NCBI GenBank assembly: GCA_951406725.2
Contig: OX597823.1
Span: forward strand, 5,580,001-5,644,000
Direction of reading: 5' to 3'
From: Octopus vulgaris
Lineage: Eukaryota
Length of the DNA: 64,000 nt
Below, in pieces: positions 9,020-22,100 of the stretch (position 1 is the first letter of the stretch; every line of letters begins with the position of its first letter). The notes beneath the pieces were generated by a model. The model worked only from the letters and a program-made list of their open reading frames with translations. It searched no databases and had not been told where the DNA came from. Both the position numbers and the translations under genes were made by a program.

Positions 9020-12000
9020 CTGAAACAAAAAGAAAAACAGTTAAGTTTTGTTGAAGCATTTTCTTGACAAATAATTACTTAATTATCTCCCCTGAAGTTA
9101 ATTTTTGTTTTTTTAAGTTTAACATATTGCATTCGATTGCAGCCATACAGAAGCACTTCCTACCAAAAGCTGTGTTGGCAGGAGCTTTTGATAGACCCAC
9201 CCAGGTTGGACAGATCAACTATTAAAGGCCAAACACAAAGCAATCCACTGATCCTGTAAGTTGAGACCGCGAGCACAATGATACAGCCCAGTGCCATAAA
9301 AACTAGTTTTTAAGTGGAAATAGCAAAAAGCTATTTGATACAACTGCTAAGCTATCAAACTCACCAAAATCTGGCCCCTAATCCAGGACTGATGAAGCAG
9401 GAGTAAGTGACTAAATCTACCCCAGTACAACATAAAGAGATTCCACAGATTCATCTCCCAACCCATCGATCAATATGTACAATATCTTGTACTGTTTTGT
9501 TTCCAGCTCTGGTCCTATTCCTGGATATATAGATGACCCCAGGTCAGAATTCAAACCAGGAACTTAAATTTCTGAACTCAAGTGATATCACTTTTGTAGG
9601 AAACTACTAAGCACAGGTTTTTTCCTCTGGATACCAAAGGCTTGGTGAATAAGGAAATCATCCATTTAGGAATAAAAGTTTCTACTTCAAACCTAGTCTA
9701 GGACAACCAGACATCACATACTGGACAATGGAACTGACCAAAAGAACACACACACACACAGGACAGGATACACAAAACTATCTTAAAATCCTTCTCACAA
9801 CTGTAGTTGATAAAATTTATTATCATTAAACTTTTGGAAATCAGTGAAATTGCTCCTGAACCTGAATTATTTTAGATTATATTTAATAATCTTTCTTTAT
9901 CACAATCTCGCAAACAAGGATACTAACATGCACAGATCGCAAGAAAATGAATTTAATTCTAAAACTGGATTAACATGTGCAAACATAGTAAGTCATAAGT
10001 TTCAGTAGAATACAATCAGGACAAAATGTTTGAAATGCACATAACTGGGAAAACTTCACTTAGGCTCAATGCGTGTGTCTCTTTTCTGTGATTATACCTA
10101 TTTCTGATGCTTTGTACATCATATAGTCACCATATATTCACCAAATTCACAAAAGTAAAAAAAAAAAATATATATACCTTTTTGGGTTCTTCTTCCTCTT
10201 CTTCATCATCATCTTCATCTTCGTCTTCCTCCTCATCATCTTTTTTCTTGTCAGCTTCTTCAAAATTAAAGATTAAAAAACAAAAATAAGACATTAACTG
10301 AAGATAAAATTGGAAGAAAACTTCAATGACTCCAGCTGTAAAAAGTGCCCAACCATATTCATTCCTTCAGAAGTCATATCTACAGCTGTCACAGAATTAA
10401 CCCACATGAAACCACAGTTCAATTGTTCAGAGAACAAAAACAAGAGCTAAGCCGCCTTCTGTTTGAGAAAGAATGATTAGCTTCATTTTAAGAACTTCTT
10501 GTTTGTACCAGGGTTTTATTAAGTGAATTTCTCTGGATTCATTTCTATGAGCTTGATGGTGGTTGGTGAGTTGGAATTCAGTGACAACGATTTATACACT
10601 GGATGCCCTTTCAAATGCCAACTACTTTATGGAATGTACTGCGTGCTTTTCATGGTACCAGCACTTATGAGGTACCCGAGTAAATTGCAAGTCAAAAGGA
10701 AAAAAAAAAAAAAAAAAGCTCCTGCAACTGAGTGGGAATGTATTTTGCAATGGGTAGGGACAAGTCTTTATGGTTCAAATTCCTGCAGTACTTAGGACTA
10801 AGAGAGCAACTGAATCACCGAACAGTTTGGCCGAATGAATGCAGCATGGTTCTTAGACGTTACACTCTTTTTGGGTGCAACTCTTCTTGCTGCCATCATC
10901 ATTACTGTTGAGGTGAAAATTAAATAGGTTTCAGATCTGCATCTACCTCACTGAAACATTTGCTAGAGGAAAGAGAAATTGAAAATTGAAAAATAGAAAC
11001 CAACCTTCATCTTTCATTTTCTTTTCTTCTTCTTCTCGGACTTTTCGTTCTTCCTCTTCCTGTTGGTCTTTCATTTTCTTTTCAGGATCCTAAAGTAAAA
11101 AAAGAATAAAAAATTAGGAAATCTATCTACCTAACTCATAGCTACGGGTTTGAACAACTGTCACCACGGCAGTCTTACCAGTCAGTACCAACAGTCTCAA
11201 GTCAATGACATCATTTAACATACACATTTCATTTCTTAAACAAGTTACTATCAAAACCCGTTTACAACAGTCAGATTTCACACCCAAGATGGGGAGTCAC
11301 AAAAACATTGTAAGCTTCTTGTGATATTCATGTTATATAAATAATTTTTGGCAACTGTCGCCAAATAAACATCACCTATCAACACTACCAAATATCAGTA
11401 AATAACTTTGGTAAAAAGAAATCAACATTACCTTAGTTTTTGCCCATGTCTCTTTGGCATGTTCATCTGCATCTGCAACACTGTTACCAACAAATATGTT
11501 ATCAAAGATGGTTCCAGATTTCACCTAATGAAATAAAAAGTTTTTTTAAAATCAAAATGCCAGAATATGTGCCCAATAAAATATTTCACCCATTCATATA
11601 TAGCCTTGGAAGTGACCAATACCTTATCGGTATAAAAACTGTACAGAAGCCAGCTGTGTGTGTGGGGGGGGGGGGGGGTGAAAGAGAGAGAGAGAAGTTA
11701 TGAGTGTATTAAGCAAAGAAATGTCGTCTGCAGGTCTTCAATAACACTAGAATGGTCCAGTGAAAAAAAAAAAAAAAAAACCCAACTTATTTGAAAAACA
11801 AGGCAAGAGGTTTTGGCAACCGAAAGAGAATCAGCAAGCCTCAGCCACCCTACGCCAGCATGGAAATCAACACCAATTTCATGTGTTTGATTTAAATCAA
11901 ACATACCTACATAGTATTCCCATAGTGTATGTGCACACACACAGTTATATGTAAATACATCTATGAAGACACTTGCCCAAGATGTCACTCAGTGGGACTG

Positions 12001-15000
12001 TACTATACTATGAGGTAACGAATGCATCTATTGATGTGATTAACAATTATATGGGTAAACCTGAACACCAAGAGTAATAAAGCAAGAACCTCAGTCCTAT
12101 CAACATGGTTTACAAACCAGCAAATGAACACATGTAGATATGAGAAATACAAACTCAAACATCCATACACACACACACACTCATTATATGACAACCTTTT
12201 TTCAGTTCCCGTCTACCTGAATACATACCAGGCACAAACACAAAAAATGCTGTTGAAAAGGAATGAGCAGTAATTTAGAAAGACTGATAAACCAGTCAAT
12301 CGATACTAAAAAAAAAGTGAACTACATTCCTAAAATCCAACATTGTCCAATTCTCTGACCATGATTTGTACAGGTCATTACAATCAGAGTCAATTCTTAG
12401 AATCATAGCCCTCCAAGACAGGTTGGCAGATACATCTCATTTGGCAAGATTTCTTCAGCTTCGACCTAACAACCAGTCATAAAAAATAGGTTTTACATCA
12501 GAGAATAGTGCATCCTTTCAAAATGATGAATGAAACCACCAATCAGTTCTCTTACCCAAACGTGTCTCACTTTATATTTTAATAGCAAAATATTACCAAT
12601 AATTCATAAACATACCATGCAAGTAACTTGGTGGAAACCATGTGCCCACAGTTGTGTATAATTAACACATATACTTTTAACATAAAAACAACAACAGGTC
12701 TTTACATTTTTACAAGTCCAATGATATCTATAAGAACTATACTATCCTTAAATATGTTTTAGCATGAAGGCCGCGGCCATGCTGGGGCACCACCGCTGGC
12801 AATGGTTTTTTTTTTATACATGGAATTATGATTCCAGCACAATTGTCACATTGGAACTGCTAGTCCCATTAAGATTTGCTTGTTTACCATTGTTATAAGG
12901 CCCAGTCTGATCTGACAGTGTTTCTACAGCTGGATGCCCTTCCTAACGCCAATCACTCCGTGAGTGTAGTGGGTGTTTTTTACGTGCCAGGAGAGGCTGT
13001 CAACGGCCACGATCAGTTGGTGCTTTTTATGTGCTTTTATGTTTAGAAAACCAGGATCACATTCAGTTTAACCAACCATCATCTAATTGACTAGGATTTG
13101 GGAAAGACTTGCTTTCTATTCATGTAACCACATACAAGCACCCTCCTTGACTCATATATATATACATATACACATTACATATATATAGGTACAGATGTGG
13201 CTGTGTAGTAAGAAGCTTGCTTCCCAACCACATGGTTCAAGTTCAGTCCCACTGCATGGCACCCTGGGCAAGTATCTTCTACTACAACTTCAGGCTAACC
13301 AAAGTTGTGAGTGGATTTGGTAGACGGAAACTGAAAGAAGCCTGTCATGTGTGTATGTATGTATGTATTTGTCCCCCCACCATTGCTTGGTAACTAATGT
13401 TAGTGTGTTTATGTCCCCAAAACTTAGTTCAGCAAAAGAGACCGATAGAACAAGTGCTAGGCTTACAAAGAATTAAGTCCTGGGGTCGATTTGTTCAACT
13501 AAAGCAGTGCCTCTAGTATTGCCGCAGTCAAAATGACTTGAAACAAGTAAAAGAATACACTGTTTTGCATACATTTTCCCACACACACCAGCTTGTAAAG
13601 ATGTGCCAAGTGCAAACATTTCTGTACTGAATATTCTTATAGTAAACCACTTGCCTAGTATCTAGGACTTAGTAAACCACTTGCCTAGTATCTAGGACTT
13701 AGTAAACCACTTGCCTAGTATCTAGGACTTAGTAAACCACTTGCCTAGTATCTAGGACTTAGTAAACCACTTGCCTAGTATCTAGGACTTATCAGTCTTG
13801 GTTACGACCCTTTGATCAGTAGACATACATTTATATGGAAGGTCTGAATGTACAGCTACGAGACTGCTCAGTGCAGATATTGTGCCTCACTGTTATCATT
13901 AATTTGTTGTTGACCATAAGTGCTAAAAGATATTTACCTGCCATAAGTCAAAGCCCACAGCACCAATGCTAGTGTATTTGTAGAGATTTGTGTCAGGAGA
14001 ATAGTCTGGGTTATCAATTTCTGGGTGGATCCATTCGCCCTTGTAGTTGGGGTTATCAATCTGCTTGGGTTTCCATTCACCCTGTAAAGAACAATATCAG
14101 TCACCATGTCAATAACTGAAAGGTTACCAGGCAGAAATATTGAAATCTACATTTACAAAATCTGAACTCTGAATTACAACTTACTTTGTAGGCTGGGTTA
14201 TCAATCATTGGGGGTTCCCATTCTCCATCCATATCATCATCCCAATCATCAGGTTTCTTGGCATCAGGGTCAGGAATGTGTTCGGGTTGATCCCAATCTT
14301 CAGGTTTTTTGTCATCAGGGTCATCCATTTTCTCACGATCATCCCAATCTTCTGGTTTCTTTGCACTAGGATCCTAAGTGGAAAAATAAATAAATGCCCT
14401 GATCAGTCAGAGACGCAGCTCGTATTGATATACAAAGTAACAGTGGAAACAGAAGTAGGATTTATATTTTAAAGGTGGTCACCAATGGTGTAAAATTACA
14501 GATTCAAGAAAGGTATTTTAGTCCTAAACATTTCAACATGCTGTCAATCCAGTATTTCAACATCAAGAGGGAACCAGTAGAGAAAATTGATAATATTTCC
14601 CAAGTCAACATAGCAAAAACATCTTAAAGTACCTTTCGAGAGAAATTGAAAGCCTTGTTATATTGTACAGTGTAACATTTGATTAACAAGTTACAAACAT
14701 TCATCTAACATTCAGCAGAAGCACTGAGCAGTCTTTTTAACTGAATCATCCAGGTGTATCGAAACAAATGGATGAAATAACATTCAAAATACTTAAGTAG
14801 TGTGATCCCAACTTCTGGTTGTAGCTATGCACTAAAGCACTTACTCAAAATCTGTACAAAGTCAAACAATCAGAAGGAGCCATAAGGAATTTCTACACAA
14901 TGCTCTAAAACTGATAAACATCTCTTTTCACTAAATCTGGCTGGCTGGGTTTACACATAACATATATAAATAATGGGCAGCAAGCTAGCAGAATTATTGA

Positions 15001-16130
15001 CACAGTGGACAATATGCTTAGCAGCATTTCGTCCATCTTTATACTCAGAGTTTACCTTTCACCCATTTGGAATTGATAAAACAAGCACCAGTTGAGCACC
15101 AAGGTTGATGTAATCGACTTAACCATTCCCCCATAATTGCTGGCCTTCTCAAAAATTTGAAACAGAGATGACGCCCTGGCCATCTCTAAAAGAGCCAACA
15201 GGCACACATTTGACAGGCTTAGAAAGGACCCGATTAGTGCCCTAGGCTCCCTGGGAGTCAACTATTGAAATCAACCTCACCAGCATGGACTTCCTAGATG
15301 TCACTCTAGACTTGGGGCTCCAGTACACACAGGCCCTACTGCACACCAAACGAAAGGCTGTCCTACATCCACACAGCCTCCTGCCAACCCCACCCCCTAT
15401 CATATTCAAGAACTTAGTGAAGGGTGTCAGCAAGAGGATCTCGAACTTATCCTCATGCCAAGAAATGTCTGACACCACAGCCACCTATTACGAGGCACTC
15501 TGGAACATCGTTTGGTTTACCCCACATTTCTCACTCAATGTAAAGACTCATGTGGGAAGAATATTCCCCAGGATAGTAGACAAACACTCCAGACACACAG
15601 GAAGGGACCTTTTATTGCACACCCACCATGGAAAGTATATTAGCGAACATCCATAAAACGTGGGAGGGAGTACAACGACTGACCAGTGGGGGACCAATGC
15701 AAGGCTGAGGAAATCATTGATGAGGAGTAATAGCAGCAATGGCTCATCCAACAACACTGACAGCAATGGCAGATACGCCAACGATCCCCAACGCCTGCAG
15801 TCCCAGCAAAGCTAGCAGTTCCACACCTAGTGTTACCAATGACGGCAACCACATGACCACCATTGACAATGACACAACAAGAAGCTAGAAGCAACCTAAT
15901 GGCAGAATTGCACGTTCACCATTTTAGCCCATATGGACTGCTAAGTGAACTAGTCTAAGGTAGATAGTCATCACCAACCCAAATTGTTTATTAACTCACT
16001 GACTGTAACAATTCCACCTCCACAGTTTGAAAAGCTATATGGCCTTTGCTATTAGAGTCTGACGAGTCGTCCATAATGCGCATGCAAAACCACTGGGCCT
16101 TCTATGATTGGACATACACTCAACTGCATA

Positions 16131-16164
<34 letters not shown>

Positions 16165-19100
16165 CATGACCAACCAGGCAATCAGATGTAGCCACACACC
16201 GCTGGTCATAATGTGCTTCGCATTGTTTTAGCCTTCAAATGACACCAACCCACTGGCTAAGCAAGCAGGCCAACAGAAGAAATAATGAAAGTCATGGCGA
16301 AAGAGTACAGCAAAGATCCCCCCCCCCCCCTGCTGGAGCCTCGTGGAGCTTCAAGTGTTTTTGCTCAATAAACACAACGCCCGGTCTGGAAATCGAAACC
16401 ACAATTCTACGACCGCGAGTCCACTGCCCTAACCATATATATATATATATATATTTATTGTTGCAGTAACTACAAGTGTTTGTGGTATTGCTATTGAAGA
16501 ATTCTAAAACAGAATAACTGTGAAACATGCAACAGATCAACAAGAAGAATAAGTTACCTTGATTTTCTTGGGTGGCAAGAAGTCCCAGTCAGATTCCAAA
16601 TCGCCACTTTCAACTTTCTCGTTATCAATTTTCACTTCATAAGTGTTGTCTGGTTTTACTATCAAGGTGTACAAGTGGGTGTAAACATCATCCTGTAATA
16701 ATTTCAAATGAATTTGATCAGCAATTTCCACAAATGCCAAATAATCAAAATAAAAATCATTTTCTTGACAAATATAAAAATGTTTAAGCTTTGCACCCTC
16801 ACCTTGCATCGGATATCTTTTTTAGTCAACAAGTTCTTTCCTTTGTAGTTGAAGATGACATGTACTTTCTTCGTGCCAGGACCACAGATATCAGGACCTG
16901 GAGATATACAATACATTCGTACAAATTTCTGTCACTAGACCAAGGTAAAGTTGAAGCACCACTATTGATGAATTTCAGCAATAATATTAACCCTAGTAAT
17001 TAGTAATGTGCTCATGTTTATCTTGTTATATTTTTGTTGAAATACGTATTTTTTCAACAAATTTTGAAAATAAGAGTCTATTCAAATTATTCGATGTTTG
17101 AAACAGAAATTAACATGAAATTTTGATGGAAGGTTTAAATATCGTAATTTTTTTATACAATTCCTAATAACATTTAGTTATAAAAATAAGTTGGTTTAAA
17201 AAAAAAACAGTGAATGAGTTTGAGGGTTCCATAGAGCAAAATAGGCACCAATGGCAAAATCATTTGAGAAACACTGCTGTAACTAAGCAGAAGCTCGATT
17301 TATGACCAACATGGACATTTAGGATTTCAAGTTGCAAACTCATCTATGATACAACAATTAATTTTCTTCCGTGATCATTCCTCTGAACACATCTCACACA
17401 CAAGAAAGCCTTCACTCTTCAGTTGCTTAGAATACTATATTACACTTTCACTATAGTGAAGCAAGTTACTAAGAGTCAAATGTCTTAGACATAGATGCTA
17501 TACTGTACAAGTAACAGAAAGAAACCACTACTATTCTTCGCCATCCCCCACCCTCAAATACAACTGAGTTTATTATTTCTATAATAAATACTTTTTTCAA
17601 TGTCTTCAGTTAAGTGAAGCAAGATAATGCTTACGAGATACAAGTACCAAAACTAAAAAGAATTTTTAAAATTTACTATTCTGTGATACAAACATCAATA
17701 TGAACTTGGAGAGTTGGTGAAACTAGAACTTTAACAGCTATAGTTATCCGTGAAGTTCAGAGAATGTGTTAATAAACTATGAAAGCTACTTAAATTTACC
17801 ATCAGTATAAATTACTTCCAGGTCTTGGCACTAAAATGCATAGCTAGTTAGCTGCTGTGTACAATGCTTATGAAGGTCATAAATTTTACCTTTCAGCATT
17901 CAGGTCTAAAGGTGAGCCACAACTTGTTTATAATTCATAGACATGCCTCATGAAAACAGCATAAATGTGGTCAGTTCGCATGGTTGCTGAAGGCTTTCCA
18001 TTACTGCAGAGAGATCTTTGCAGGACTAACCATCAGTTTATTAGATCAGAGATTACTGATTCTTTCACTAATTTTAGTAATTAGACTGGTCATGCTGGGG
18101 CACTACTTGAGTTTTTGTCAAACAAATCAACACCCCTTGTACTTTTTTTTTCTTTATTAAAGCCCAGAACTTCTTGTATCAGTCTCTAAGTGATAGGGAC
18201 TGGTTGTCAAGCACTGGCGTGAGACACACACACACAAGTTTTCTTTCAGTTTCCATCAACCAATTCCACTCACAAAGGCTTTGTTCAGTCAAGCATTAGA
18301 TATTAGCTTTAGTGGGACTGAACTCAGAACCATGTGATTGGGAAATAAACTTCTTACCACACAGCCAGGCCTGCACCTGTTTATAGTTTTAACTACCATT
18401 AGTATAAATAACCGCATCACCTTAACAGGCCAGTTCGAATCATTTGTAACACACACACACACGTAGAATAAATAGAGTTTGTATTCACCGAACATAATGA
18501 GGTATGGAGAATCGCCATGGAGATTTTTCTGATCAATATCATCACTGTACAATTTGATGTAGCCACCACCACAGTCAATATTCTGTTCATGTTTCACTGT
18601 AAACTGGAGAACAAGTGGTTCATTTTCATTGCTGAATTTATCAAAATTAGCTGAAATTCCATAGAATTTAGCATCTTGTGATGTTTTCAAGCCTGTAAAG
18701 AGAGGATTTAGAAAAACAAATTACTATGACAGCATGGGCGAAATATGGATATACTGTATATGGAGTGAGGAACTTCTTATTGAGCAGCATACCTTTGTCT
18801 TTGACAGCATCACCATAAAATTTTCCTGCTGATATTTCAAATTTTCCTTGATCACTGCCTTTGTATATTGAGTCGACCCATTTTGATCGCCAAGAATCAT
18901 CTGAAATAGAAAAGTAAGTGTTATTGTAACTTTAAAAAAAATCCTTTTCCAGAAAAAAAAAAAGGGGGGGGGGGGCTGTCTTCAAGATTACCATAAGAAA
19001 TGAAAACGAAATAGCGCCACTAGTACAATCTAGAACCTTTAAAACAAGCTTTCTAGAATTGTCGTTAGGAACTAATAGCTATCACTTTTGATTCATCAAT

Positions 19101-22100
19101 TAGTTTGTCGAATTAATTATTTTGAAACCCCTTCCACCAAATAAAGCCCAAAATTTAGTAAAAGCAAAAGAAAGAAAAAAAGTACAAAACTTTAGAAGCA
19201 GAGTTACAAGTTAACCAGGTAAATTGAATTGACATTTTCACGTGACCTTAAAAAGAAACTATTTTGCCCACGCCCCCTACTATATATGTCAATGACTACA
19301 AGCTTAAAATTAAGCATGCAACAATATCAATAATTATCAAGAGACTACTCTGTACACTAAACACAAGCCCGGCAGAGTCTCAGATGTAAGAAGAGAGGAG
19401 TTGAAAAACTTCGAGTAAACAACCATGCAATAAAAATTGAAGTTTTTCAACTCCTTATCTTACATATGCGCAACCCAACCCGTATTTGTATGGGAAAATA
19501 TGCAAGCTATGGATTTCTATTGGTAAGTAATCCGATATAGCGATAACAGTTTAAAAACTGTAAGTAGCTATATTTGCTTTGTTTAAGCCAATTTTTCTTG
19601 AGAAAATATTTATTACCATTAAAATGTGAATAATTTCCATTCAAGTGTAGTGTGTAGGTTAACGAATTACCGAAATAACATTTAAATACTGTGCGAGATA
19701 AATATTTCATCTGCTGACAAGGATTAACTGATATGCCATAAAGCTAAGCCTTATTTCTCACATAGTTAACCCTCATTTTTTATATAAAATGCAAAATTTT
19801 TAAGCGGTGTTATCGAGTACCGGTCAGGATTTTAAAATAATTTTAAAATTCCGGGCTACAAATTAGTATAAAATTTTGTAAGGAAATCAACAACTAAAGT
19901 CCCCAACATTGCATGAATTCTTCACTGGTCTTGGCAGCGATCAAATAAAGGCACAAACTAGCAACCACTGAAACAAACTGCAATGCAGCTGGCTGCACCA
20001 AGGGAGGTCTGCTGGGGGAGAAGACTGTGGCAGACGCATTCATTCTTACACACGTGGATATTAATTCAAAAATAAAAGCAGGGTTGGCATGGAATCAAAT
20101 TATAGCAAGAGTTTCGGAAACGAAAAACAAATGTGAATACAGATATGTTCACATGTATCAGATAAAATACAGAAAGAAAAAAAAAAAATCAAGTAAAAAC
20201 AGATAAGACAGACCACATGCTGCTTCAGATTATATCCGCATTTTGTTCCAAACGTAAATGCTACGGAGATCAGCCACCAGAACTGGTGGCCCAGAGTGAT
20301 TGAGAGAGTTCAGAGGAAAGATGGACGGCAACACATACCCGTAAAGCCGACCTCTATTCGGCAAAAACTTGTTACAGACAGAAGGAACAAAATCAGACAA
20401 CTATAACCCACTTATATCTAATCAGTAATGATAGAGAGCATTTACAAGAATAACCTCCGTCGAGGAAACTATTATGGCACCACCGAGACCTACACAACCC
20501 GGCCGTAAGTGTTTTTAATGTTTTAATCTAATCAGGACAAATTCGACAGAAAAAGCCCAAAATATAATGCATGATCTGTATTCCCCACTTCTTTTCCCAG
20601 ATGGTTTAACCGTACTGGGAAAAAGTTCCTATTATACCAGCATCAGCGCAATACCTTCAGAATTATTTCTAATTCTTCTACCTTTCTATTTCCAGTGATT
20701 CGCAGAAATTAATTATTAAAGAATATGACAGTTGCGCCGAACATCAATAAGCTCTTGGATAGAGAGAGAATAATTTCCAAGAGTGGAGGAAGTGATACGG
20801 TGGTTAAATGAAATAAGCTAGCAGCATATTTCTGACACATCAGCAATGATTATGTCTAACATAAAATACAGGGACAGAAATTTTGCCGGCGGGGAATGCT
20901 ATTATATTACTAGTTTAAATCGACTCCTTAATATTCAACACATTTTATCGAACCCGGCGCGATTTTAACTCCAGAAAAGAATCTTAACCAAATAACGCTC
21001 CATCGATACAAGAATAATTCCTAACCCTGACAGACTAACCATAAATATTCCAAGTGTTGCTATTTGATCAGTTCCAATTTTTGGAACATCCACAGAAAAT
21101 AGAGTACATTTAATTTTATGGAGTGGAGGAACCATCGCTTTGACAGTCTTCATTAATTTTTTTCTTAATATGAGCCTAATGCATGTGTATATATTTTTGT
21201 ATTTATATATGCAGATTTCGATGTTGGTCGATTCCTTGGGAGCTGGAGTTTCACTGTGGGGAGAGAGCATTAGTATTTCTTTACAATTTGGAATTTTAGC
21301 TTCGTTAATTGATTCTTTTAAAGACGAACAAACCCAAAGCCAAGATAAAATTCTAACTGAACACAACAACATACTTAGATTACCAATTTGAATTTGGGAC
21401 CGCAAGGGCGAGAATACAGAATACATACCATTCAGGATATTTTGAATAGATGTCTGTTTTTCTGCATCACCGAAGATGCACAGAATCAACAGCAATTGGT
21501 GGGAGTCAAAGAGAAAATACCGAAACACACACACATGGCTTTCGAGTTTTCTGGCAGTTTCTCCAACCTATCTCTGAATTACATATGCAGACTAATATTA
21601 TTTACTGCCGCTGTTTAACTGAACCTACGTTGAAAGGCGTTCCAGCCATGGCCACTCTTTTATTATATATATTAAGGGCTAGTGTTCAATGTGTTCTGTT
21701 TTTTTTCAAAGATAGTGATTCAAAGATGTTTGCTATTCCTAGAAGGTGGAGTAATAGCTATTAGCATCATTAGGCTCGTCCCTTGTGGGTTGTCCTCAAT
21801 ATTTTTTGGGCCCTTGTGGCCAATAAAAGAAATTGGTATTAGGACAGTGGATTGACAGAGTCATTAGAGCCTTGAACAAAACTCCTAGGGGCATTTCTTT
21901 CAGCTTTTTTGTTCAGGGTTCAAATCCCGCTCAGGCAATCTGTACCTTTTAGTCCTACGTTGTAAATAAAATAAAGTACCAATCAAGTACTGGGATCGAT
22001 ACAATCGATATGACTTATGCTTAGGATAAAAACATTATTATTAATACTAGGCCCAAGTTAGAAATCATCGTAGATTTATATTTAATGAGCGTTAAAAGGA

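Noticed and set aside
13641-13790. Possible CRISPR-like 30-bp palindromic repeats
   Set aside because: Units are contiguous with no spacers, and the locus is a eukaryotic intron.
20965-21534. 189-aa minus-strand ORF in intron 1 ending ...[13 protein letters not shown], resembling GPCR TM3 with an ERY motif
   Set aside because: No other transmembrane helices in register, a stop 9 codons later, and the ERY region runs into a decayed SINE B-like sequence. Probably chance; a profile search would settle it.
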